Shown in pieces: positions 47,087 through 54,591 of a stretch of 64,000 nt of DNA. Origin of the DNA: an uncultured Actinomycetota bacterium (lineage in GTDB: Bacteria; Actinomycetota; Actinomycetes; Propionibacteriales; Nocardioidaceae). A program made the position numbers and the translations under genes. Below the pieces are notes generated by a model. It did not search any database and was not told where the DNA came from. It saw only the letters and a list, made by a program, of their open reading frames with translations. The stretch is taken from assembly GCA_963827195.1 (NCBI GenBank), contig CAWGZT010000008.1, positions 127,708-191,707 on the forward strand, given 5' to 3'. Each line of letters begins with the position of its first letter. Position 1 is the stretch's first letter.

Positions 47087-47551
47087 ATGACTTCGACCGA
47101 GACGTCCGACTATCGGTTCTCCAGCCCCTTCGTCACCCGGTTCGTGGGGGCCTACCTGCTCGTCTTCGCCCTCCTCGTCTTCGTCAGCACGGCGGTCGTG
47201 GCCATCACCGACGCCGTCTCGCCCGACCTGCTGGTCGTGCTCCTGGTGGTGGGCCTGGTCGGGCTGTTCGCCCTGGGGGGCTGGCTGCGGTCGAAGGCCT
47301 ACGTCGTCCGCCTGGGCGCCGAGGGCTACGAGGTCCGGATGATCCGGGGGGCGGGGGTCAAGCGGGCCGCGTGGAGCGAGGTCGAGGACGTCGTCGCCGC
47401 GTCCCCGCGAGGGATCCCGTGCATCGTGCTGCACCTCAGCGGCGACCGGACCACGACGGTGCCCGTCGAGGCCCTCGCGGTCGACCGGGACCAGTTCGTC
47501 CGCGAGCTGCAGGGGCACCTCGACCGGGGCCAGGGGCTGCGCCCGCTCTGA
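47087..47551 (+). CDS. Membrane protein with two TM segments and a PH-like C-terminal domain (hypothetical)
   Basis: 154 aa from the ATG at 47087. Two hydrophobic helices, then YVVRLGAEGYEVRMIRG..AWSEVEDV (bacterial PH-like pattern, weak). Confidence 0.55.
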   Translation: MTSTETSDYRFSSPFVTRFVGAYLLVFALLVFVSTAVVAITDAVSPDLLVVLLVVGLVGLFALGGWLRSKAYVVRLGAEGYEVRMIRGAGVKRAAWSEVEDVVAASPRGIPCIVLHLSGDRTTTVPVEALAVDRDQFVRELQGHLDRGQGLRPL

Positions 47552-47667
47552 GGGCGCCGCCGGCCCCTCGACGGGTGCCTCCCAGGTCAGCGGGGGGTGA
47601 TTCGTCCTCGGCCGGTGGGTCCTTGTAGCCTGTGCGGGCTGCTCCAGGCCGCGTGCCTGGATGCGGA

Positions 47668-47759
47668 GGAGGCGTCGCCTAGTCCGGTCGATGGCGCCCG
47701 CCTGCTAAGCGGGTTGAGGATAAAACCTCTCGCGGGTTCAAATCCCGCCGCCTCCGCCA
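47668..47759 (+). tRNA. tRNA-Ser (anticodon GCU)
   Basis: Folded by hand: acceptor GGAGGCG/CGCCTCC, anticodon arm CCCGC-CTGCTAA-GCGGG, long variable arm, T-arm GCGGGTTCAAATCCCGC, G discriminator, CCA encoded. Confidence 0.9.
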
Positions 47760-47762
47760 AGC

Positions 47763-47800
47763 GTCCGGTACCTTTCGTCGCGAGACGAGAGGTACCGGAC
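47763..47800 (+). terminator. 17-bp stem hairpin (GTCCGGTACCTTTCGTC / GACGAGAGGTACCGGAC, loop GCGA) right after tRNA-Ser
   Basis: Read directly. One G-U position. No T-tract follows it. Confidence 0.6.
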
Positions 47801-47863
47801 CTGTGCCTGCTCCCGGCCCGAGGAGCCTCCGCTCGCCGTCCCCAACTTGGGGGTCGCCCGCCG

Positions 47864-47885
47864 GCAGTGCACGCGCGTGCACTGC
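47864..47885. promoter_or_regulatory. Perfect 22-bp palindrome GCAGTGCACGCGCGTGCACTGC, upstream of the small peptide gene
   Basis: Read directly. It is followed by a locally AT-richer stretch (CACAATCTTGCAATGCACATTTCTGAGG), about 125 nt before the ATG at 48011. Confidence 0.6.
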
Positions 47886-48010
47886 ACAATCTTGCAATGC
47901 ACATTTCTGAGGCAGCACTTCGCTGCACCCCTCGGCACGTGCCGCCCAGACTCGTCGCACGGGCCATTCCGTGGGCCCGCTCAGAGAAGGTCAGAGAAGG
48001 TGGGACTCCC

Positions 48011-48148
48011 ATGAACACTGCACGCAAGATCGGCATCACGGTCGCCGCTACGGCCATCTCCCTCGGCCTCCTCGGGGTCTCCGCCCCGGCCCAGGCCAAG
48101 GACAGCAGCTGGGGCTGCGGCGGCTACTGCAAGGTCTCGCCGAAGTAG
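48011..48148 (+). CDS. Small secreted two-Cys peptide precursor (45 aa)
   Basis: MNTARKIGITVAATAISLGLLGVSAPAQA | KDSSWGCGGYCKVSPK. AGAAGGTGGG RBS 6 nt upstream of the ATG. Third-position G/C is high throughout. It is the 3-prime part of track ORF 47597-48148. Confidence 0.5.
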   Translation: MNTARKIGITVAATAISLGLLGVSAPAQAKDSSWGCGGYCKVSPK

Positions 48149-48302
48149 CAGACCTCCCCGGTCCACCACGCCCCTCGAGACCAGGGACCCAACGTTCCCC
48201 CCACTTGTTGGGTCCACGCCCCCGGGCCGATCTCGAGCAGAGCGAGGGCGGTGACTCGAGCCAGCCTCGAGCCACCGCCCTCGACTCCTTTGCGGCGGAC
48301 CC

Positions 48303-49355
48303 TCAGTCGGTCTCCTCGGAGCCCGACACCCCGCGCTGCCCCATCGTGTAGCCGAGCTGGAAGCGCGTCTCGGCGTCGTACTCGGTCTTGAGGTCGGCGA
48401 CGTAGCCCGCGTAGGTGCGGGGACTGACCCCGAGCCGTTTCGCGCTCACCGGGTCGGAGTGGCCCTCGATGAGCATCCGGATCGTCATCGCCCGCTGCTC
48501 GGCGGCGATGCTCCTGAGCATCGCGCTCTGCCGGTCGGTGAAGGGGCGGGCCCGCTCCCAGCTGCGCTCGAAGATGTCGACCAGGTAGGCCACCACCGAC
48601 GGCTCCCGGATGACGATCGCGACCCGGAGGTCGTCGTCCCCGGGGATCACCGCGATCCGCCGGTCGAAGACCAGCAGCCGGTTGAAGAACTCGTCGAGGG
48701 TGCGCACCTCGGCACCGCGGGCCGTGACGGCCGCGACGTACTTGTGCGTCACCGAGCTGCGCCGCGCGCTGTGCTGGTAGAGCGTGCGCATCTTGGTGCC
48801 ACGCTCCAGCATCTGCGTGTCGCGCAGCGCCGCTGCGGCCAACGACTGGGCGTCGCGGCCGGTCTGCGGCTGCGCGGTGAGCATCTCCTCCTCGCACTCC
48901 GAGACCAGGCCGGTCAGGAACGGCCCGATCGCCTCGTCGTGGATGTGCGTGAAGGGACCCCGGATCGCCGACATCGGCGAGCGACGCCAGGTCTGGTTGA
49001 GGCTGCCGAAGGCACGCGCCCAGTGCGACGACTCCTCGAGGAGCCGGGCGCCCTCCTGGCTCAGCGGTGACACGACCCGGGACTGGACGCTGCTGGGGTC
49101 CTCGGGGACCCAGGTGTCGCTCTCCTTGTCGAGCAGCACCAGGCCGAGCTCGACGAGCAGGTCGAAGGCCGGTCGCTCGGCGGCGTCCGGGGCGATGCGG
49201 GGGTCGGAGGTGGACAGGCCGCCCAGGTCGACGATCGCCTCGAAGAGGTGCGCGGAGGCCTGCTCGAAGAGGGCGCGCTCGTCGGGGCTGAAGCTCGCCA
49301 CCCCCACCTCCTCCGTCGGTCCTGTCCCCTGGTCCTGTGCCCGATCAGGAGTCAC
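48303..49355 (-). CDS. LuxR-type HTH transcriptional regulator with large N-terminal sensor-like region
   Basis: 350 aa. C-terminal HTH ..EQRAMTIRMLIEGHSDPVSAKRLGVSPRTYAGYVADLKTEY... N-terminal 270 aa unassigned (possibly TrmB-like; guess). Confidence 0.75.
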   Translation of the reverse strand: MTPDRAQDQGTGPTEEVGVASFSPDERALFEQASAHLFEAIVDLGGLSTSDPRIAPDAAERPAFDLLVELGLVLLDKESDTWVPEDPSSVQSRVVSPLSQEGARLLEESSHWARAFGSLNQTWRRSPMSAIRGPFTHIHDEAIGPFLTGLVSECEEEMLTAQPQTGRDAQSLAAAALRDTQMLERGTKMRTLYQHSARRSSVTHKYVAAVTARGAEVRTLDEFFNRLLVFDRRIAVIPGDDDLRVAIVIREPSVVAYLVDIFERSWERARPFTDRQSAMLRSIAAEQRAMTIRMLIEGHSDPVSAKRLGVSPRTYAGYVADLKTEYDAETRFQLGYTMGQRGVSGSEETD

Positions 49356-49438
49356 GTCATGTTCGCACAGGACACGAAGGTCCCGTCCAGGCAGAGCTGG
49401 ACGGGACCTTCGAGTCGTGCGGTGTCAGCGGTGAGGCC

Positions 49439-51280
49439 TCAGGCCTCCTCGGCCTCCAGGGCGGCGGCGACGCGGCGGTGCGCCTCCCAGATGGCCTCGG
49501 GCAGCCGGTCGAACTGCTGGAGGTGCTCCTCGCGGAAGCCCATCTCCTGCTTCCAGCGGTCGACGTCGATGGTGAGGATCTTCTCGAGGTCCTCGGGCTT
49601 GGTGCTCATGCCGCCCAGGACCAGCTCGTCCTCGGTGGGGATGATGCCGACGGGCGTCTGGCGACCCTTGACCTCACCGTTCTTGAGCTGCAGCAGCCAC
49701 AGCAGCGGGCGCAGGTTGTCGCGGTAGCCGTGCCACAGGAAGTGGCCGTCCTCCGGGTCGCGCTGGAACCAGTTGACGTGGGCGAAGATCGGCTGCTCCT
49801 TGGCGGCGCCGACGATGTCCAGGTAGTGCTGGGCGTAGTCACCCTCGCCGTAGGCCATGAAGGGCCGGTTCGACATGGGGTCGTAGCGCAGCTGGCCCTC
49901 GACGCCCTCGGCGGCGGCCGTGGCCTCCGCGCCCAGCGTCAGGCCGTCGTAGACGCCCTCGGCGAGGTCCGTGATCGCGCGGATCAGCGGCTCGCGGTCG
50001 CGGGTGCGGCCACCGAAGATGATCGCGTCGATCGGGACGCCCTTGGCGGCGTTGTAGTCGGGCGCGATGTTGGGGACGTTGTCGAGCGTGGTCGTGAAGC
50101 GGCTGTTGGGGTGGGCCCAGGGCAGGTTGTCGCCCTCCTCGCGGTCCGCGATGGGCGCTCCGCGCCAGTCCAGCCAGCCGGCGGTGTCGGCGGGCGGCTC
50201 CGCGGTGCGGCCCTCCCACCAGACCTCGTGGGTCTGGGCGTTGTAGGCGATGTTGGTGAAGATCGTCCCGGTGCCCTCGGCCAGGGAGTCCAGCGCGGTC
50301 GGGTTGGTGACCTCGTTGGTGTCCTTGGCGACGCCGAAGACGCCGTACTCCGGGTTCATCCCGTAGAGCTTGCCGTCCTCCTCGTCGACCCACAGCCACG
50401 CGATGTCGTCGCCGTAGAAGGAGACGTGGTAGCGGTCGCCGAGGGCGTCGGGGGCCAGCATCATGGCCAGGTTGGTCTTGCCCGACGCGCTGGGGAAGCC
50501 GCCACAGATGTGGTGCGTCTTGCCGGTCTCCTTGTCGTGGATCCCGATGAGCATGTACTGCTCGGCGAGGAACTTCTTCGACGCCCACCCGTCGTACGCC
50601 GCCTGGCGCAGGCCGTGGGCGATCTTGCCGAGCAGCGCGTTGCCGCCGTAGGAGGAGCCGAAGTGCAGGATCGTGCGCTCGTCGGCCACGGTCACGAAGT
50701 AGCGCATGTCGTCGGGGGTGCCCTGGCCGAGGTTCTCCAGGTCGCCGGTCACGTGGACGGCGCGCACGAAGCTGTCGGGGTCCTCGAGGTCGTTGACGAA
50801 CTCGATGCCCACCCGCGACATGCGGATCATGTGCAGCACGACGGTGCGGGTGTCGGTCAGCTCGACGCCGGTCGCCCAGGGAGCGAGCTCGTTGCCCGGA
50901 GGAGCCATCAGGTAGGGGATGACATACATCGTCTTGCCGGCGGAGGCGCCGCGCATGCGGTCCTCCAGCATCGGCTTCATCTCCGAGGAGGGGCGCCAGT
51001 TGTTGTAGACGCCCTTGTCCTTCGGGTCGCTGGTCGCGACGATCGTGCGCTCCTCGGAGCGCGCGGTGTCCTTGTGGTAGCTGCGCGAGTAGTAGCGGTT
51101 CTCGCCGGCGGGCTGGAGCTCGCCGGCCTCGAGAGCCTCCTGGATCAGGCGTGCGTCGTCGGCGGCGCTGACCACCTCGATGCGCTCAGCGCCCGTGAGC
51201 TCGGCGTAGTAGTGGACGTATTCGCGGACCTTGGGGTTGGTGACCCCAGCTGCGTCCAGTGCTGCCTCGACATTGGGCAT
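49439..51280 (-). CDS. pckG: Phosphoenolpyruvate carboxykinase (GTP)
   Basis: About 613 aa from the ATG at 51280 (MPNVEAALD..); the ORF opens at 51304. Kinase-1a-like motif GGFPSASGKTNLAMM. The family is unmistakable. Confidence 0.95.
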   Translation of the reverse strand: MPNVEAALDAAGVTNPKVREYVHYYAELTGAERIEVVSAADDARLIQEALEAGELQPAGENRYYSRSYHKDTARSEERTIVATSDPKDKGVYNNWRPSSEMKPMLEDRMRGASAGKTMYVIPYLMAPPGNELAPWATGVELTDTRTVVLHMIRMSRVGIEFVNDLEDPDSFVRAVHVTGDLENLGQGTPDDMRYFVTVADERTILHFGSSYGGNALLGKIAHGLRQAAYDGWASKKFLAEQYMLIGIHDKETGKTHHICGGFPSASGKTNLAMMLAPDALGDRYHVSFYGDDIAWLWVDEEDGKLYGMNPEYGVFGVAKDTNEVTNPTALDSLAEGTGTIFTNIAYNAQTHEVWWEGRTAEPPADTAGWLDWRGAPIADREEGDNLPWAHPNSRFTTTLDNVPNIAPDYNAAKGVPIDAIIFGGRTRDREPLIRAITDLAEGVYDGLTLGAEATAAAEGVEGQLRYDPMSNRPFMAYGEGDYAQHYLDIVGAAKEQPIFAHVNWFQRDPEDGHFLWHGYRDNLRPLLWLLQLKNGEVKGRQTPVGIIPTEDELVLGGMSTKPEDLEKILTIDVDRWKQEMGFREEHLQQFDRLPEAIWEAHRRVAAALEAEEA

Positions 51281-51498
51281 CGTTAGCTGTTCCCTCTCGC
51301 GCATTCACGGCCCTCAGCCCTGGGCTGGGGGTCCGCGCCGTCGAGCGTGTCGACGGAGGTGTCGTGGAGTTGTGGTGCATCGCGCGTCTTCATTGGCGGC
51401 GACAAGTTGCCGTGAGGCTACTCGGGGCGCTAGGGGTGGCCTATTGGATCGTTCAACGCCACGTGTCCCACCTCACACCAACGCCCGTAGTGACCGCG

Positions 51499-51770
51499 AT
51501 GTCGGTGGTCGAGCCCGAGGAGGTGTCGCGGTGTCGGTGGTCGAGCCCGAGGAGGCGTCGAGACTGACTTCGCTGGTCGAGCCCGACGAGCGCAGCGAGG
51601 AAGCGTCACGGTGTCGGTGGTCGAGCCCGACAAGCGCAGCGAGGAGGCGTCACGGTGTCGGTGGTCGAGCCCGACGAGCGCAGCGAGGAGGCGTCACGGT
51701 GTCGGTGGTCGAGCCCGACGAGCGCAGCGAGGAGGCGTCGAGACCTGGTGAGGTGCCGTCCGTCGAGACC
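51499..51770. repeat. Tandem repeat array: two short (~32-36 bp) units followed by four 44-bp units (GGTCGAGCCCGACGAGCGCAGCGAGGAGGCGTCACGGTGTCGGT), ending 60 nt before tRNA-Arg
   Basis: Read directly. The 44-bp units start at 51575, 51619, 51663 and 51707. Units are contiguous with no spacers, and the period is not a multiple of 3. Confidence 0.85.
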
Positions 51771-51833
51771 GATTTCGTCGTCGCAGACCGCTTCGGCTAT
51801 TGTCATCCAGTCGCAGCGCACGCCGTGCGACCC

Positions 51834-51906
51834 GCGCCTGTAGCTCAACGGATAGAGCATCTGACTACGGATCAGAAGGTTTGGGGTTCGAATCCCTACA
51901 GGCGCA
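51834..51906 (+). tRNA. tRNA-Arg (anticodon ACG)
   Basis: Folded by hand: acceptor GCGCCTG/CAGGCGC, D-arm GCTC..GAGC, anticodon arm TCTGA-CTACGGA-TCAGA, T-arm TGGGGTTCGAATCCCTA, discriminator A. CCA is not fully encoded. Confidence 0.9.
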
Positions 51907-51918
51907 CCGAGCATCCAG

Positions 51919-51944
51919 CCGCAGGTCAGTCAGCTGACCTGCGG
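51919..51944 (+). terminator. Rho-independent terminator (11-bp stem CCGCAGGTCAG/CTGACCTGCGG, loop TCAG, then TTTCTTGTTT)
   Basis: Read directly, 13 nt after tRNA-Arg. Confidence 0.8.
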
Positions 51945-51978
51945 TTTCTTGTTTCATGGCTTTTCAACAGCAAGAGCA

Positions 51979-52617
51979 TCAGAGCGCTGGACACAGGTCG
52001 CGGACACGAAGGCGACACCAACGTGGACCCGGGCTGAGTCGCTGGGGCGGTGCATGGCACGGGGTTACGCACCCGTGTGGCCGCCTGGGTTGAGGACAAG
52101 GTTCGAGCACGGCTCGTGTCTCGGCGGGGTCGGTGGGATGGGCCAGGAGGCCCTCGACCGCGAAGGTGGTCAACCTGGCCGTGGCGGCCCGTTCCCGTTC
52201 TGGGATGCCTCGCCGGGCAAGGTCGGCGGTGACGATGCCGTCCACCAGGGCGTGGAATCCCTCGTGCCACGCGGCGACGACGGGGGCGCGCTCGCTGCGG
52301 GCGTGGACGACGCTGATCAGGGTGCGGTGCCGTCGCAGTCGGTCCAGCGTCCAGAGGACCTGGTCGAGAAGGGGTGAATCCGCTTGCTCGCCGAACTCCT
52401 GCAGTGCCTCGGCCAGCAGGTGATCGAGGGCAGCGACCAGGAGAGCGTCCTTGTCCTCGACGTACCAGTAGATCGTGTTGGGGGTGACGCCTGCGGCCTG
52501 GGCGATGCGCGCCATGGATGTCTGGTCGAACCCGGCCTCGCTGAACAGCCCGACCGCGGCGCTGACGATCTCGCCGAGCTTCTCTCCACGGTCCTGCGGA
52601 CGTCTGTTGCGCGGCAC
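51979..52617 (-). CDS. TetR-family regulator with an atypical Cys/Pro/Arg-rich C-terminal tail
   Basis: 212 aa from the GTG at 52617. HTH LGEIVSAAVGLFSEAGFDQTSMARIAQAAGVTPNTIYWYV. The last ~40 aa (..PCPQPRRPHGCVTPCHAPPQRLSPGPRWCRLRVRDLCPAL) do not look like TetR. Confidence 0.7.
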   Translation of the reverse strand: MPRNRRPQDRGEKLGEIVSAAVGLFSEAGFDQTSMARIAQAAGVTPNTIYWYVEDKDALLVAALDHLLAEALQEFGEQADSPLLDQVLWTLDRLRRHRTLISVVHARSERAPVVAAWHEGFHALVDGIVTADLARRGIPERERAATARLTTFAVEGLLAHPTDPAETRAVLEPCPQPRRPHGCVTPCHAPPQRLSPGPRWCRLRVRDLCPAL

Positions 52618-52698
52618 ACACCCATCGTATCTTGACTGCAGTTCAAGAAGACGCCTAGCCTCTTGAACGTCAGACAAGAAACGGCCAGGGGAGTACCG

Positions 52699-53495
52699 AT
52701 GGACACGAAGCGACAAGGGCGCGCTCATCACCGGCGCATCAGCGGGGATCGGCAGCGCCTTCGCCCGGCTGCTGGCGGCCGAGGGTCACCCCCTCCTCCT
52801 CGTGGCGCGGCGTGAGGACAGGCTGCACGCGCTGGCCGCGGAGCTCCGCGTCGAGCATGGGGTCCGTTGTGAGGTCTTCGCGGCCGACCTCGCGGACCCG
52901 GGAGCCCCCGCGCGCATCACGGACTACGCGCGCGCCCAGGGGCTCGAGATCGACATCCTCATCAACAACGCCGGCATGTCCGGCAACGACACGTTCGCCG
53001 ACACCCCGTGGTCCGACGCTCGCGGCCGAGGTCCAGGTCATGGTCACGGCCGTCACCGAGCTGGCGCACCGTGTGGTGCCGGGCATGAAGGAGCGCGGGT
53101 GGGGCCGCATCGTCAACGTGTCGTCGCTGGCGGCGCTCGCACCACCGGCCGAGAGCCTGCTCTACTCCGGCATCAAGAGCTACGTCCTGCTCATGTCGCA
53201 GGCACTCGACATGGAGCTGGGTCGAGACGGCATCCACGTCACCGCCCTGTGCCCTGGCTTCACCCACAGCGAGTTCCATGACGTCATGGGTGCCCGCGAC
53301 GCAGCGTCGAAGGTGCCCCGCGTGCTGTGGCAGCAGCCGGACGACGTCGCACGCGAGGCGTGGGTCGCCGTCAACGCCGGGAAACCGATCTGCGTGCCCG
53401 GCAAGGTCAACAAGCTGCTCGCCGCTGCCGTGCGCCCGCTCCCCAGGGCCCTGCAGTACCGACTCGGCCGCGACCTGAACCCCCTCGCCCACTGA
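52699..53495 (+). pseudogene. Short-chain dehydrogenase/reductase with two frameshifts
   Basis: ATG at 52699 (RBS AGGGGAG) reads MDTKRQGRA. The Rossmann motif LITGASAGIGSAFA continues in the +1 frame from about 52720. It runs through NNAGMSG..PWSD, then shifts +1 again near 53017-53022 into LAAEVQVMV..VNVSS..YSGIKSY..LCPGFTHSEF, ending at 53495. Confidence 0.75.
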
Positions 53496-53550
53496 CCTCT
53501 GCGCCCCCTGCCCATGCCACACGCCATCCAGCAGCCCAGAAGGACAACCC

Positions 53551-54497
53551 GTGCCCGACACGCCCAACCCGCTCTTCACCGCCGAGGCCGAGTCCTTCCT
53601 CTCGCACGGTGTCACCTGCGCCGCGACCGTGTACCGCCCGACATCGACGTGTCGCTGCTGCGCCGACGCCCGTGATCGTGATGGCCCACGGGTTCGGAGC
53701 CGTGCGGGCCCTGCGCCTGCCTGCCTACGCCGAGCGCTTCGCCGCCGAGGGCTACACCGTCGTCACCTTCGACTACCGAGGGTTCGGCGACAGCCACGGC
53801 ACACCACGTCAGGTGCTGGACGTGTCGATGCAGCACGCAGACTGGACCGCCGCGCTCGCGTTCGCCCGCACCCTGGACGGAGTCGACCCGTCGAAGGTGG
53901 TGGCCTGGGGCACGTCGTTCGCCGGCGGCCACGTCATCAGCCTCGCGGGGCGAGGGGAACCGCTCGCGGCGATCATCGCCCAGGTCCCCCACGTCAGCGG
54001 ACCCGCAGCAGTCCGCTCCACCGGCCTCCTGCCCAGCCTGCGCGTCTCCCGACCTGGGCGTCCGCGACCAGATCAGAGCCTGGACCGGACGGACGCCGAT
54101 CTACGTCGACGCGACCGGCGCACCCGGGGACACGGCCGTGATGACCTCCCCCGACGCCGTCCCCGGCATGGACAGGCTCATCGCTGACTCCGGGCTCACG
54201 CACGGCGACTACCCCACCAACGTCGCCGCCAGGATCGTCCTCAAGATCGGCCTGTACTCCCCGAGGCGGTGGGCAGCAGGAGTGCGCTGCCCAGCCCTCG
54301 TCCAGATCGTCGACGCCGATGCCATCACCCCTCGCCGCATCGCCGAGGCGACCGCCAACCGCATGGCCGCCCCGACCGTGCACGTCTACCCCGGCGGCCA
54401 CTTCGATCCCTACGTCGAACCCTTGTTCACCGACGTCATCGCCGACCAGCTCGCCTTCCTGCGCGAGCACGTCCCAGCCTCCAGCACCACCCCGTAG
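53551..54497 (+). pseudogene. Alpha/beta-hydrolase with at least two frameshifts
   Basis: Three consecutive reading frames carry one protein. MPDTPNPLFTAEAESFLSHGVTCAATVYRP uses the frame of 53551. PTPVIVMAHGFGAV..FDYRGFGDSHG..WGTSFAGGHV.. uses the frame of 53327, with a shift at about 53640-53665. DLGVRDQIRAWTGRTPIYVDATG..MTSPDAVPG..YPGGHFDPY uses the frame of 54138, with a shift at the CCC run at about 54047-54050. Confidence 0.75.
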
Positions 54498-54591
54498 CGC
54501 CCAGCGCTCCACTTCGAGTGGCTGGCGGGTCGGTCCTCGTCCTGAGGCGCACACGACGTAACAGTCGGCTCACGGGCTCGTTGGATCCGAC

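Noticed and set aside
49337-51286. 649-aa + ORF over pckG
   Set aside because: It is antisense to an unmistakable GTP-PEPCK.
51499-51770. CRISPR array
   Set aside because: The repeats are directly contiguous with no unique spacers, there are no cas genes in the window, and the units are 44 bp with near-identical neighbours.
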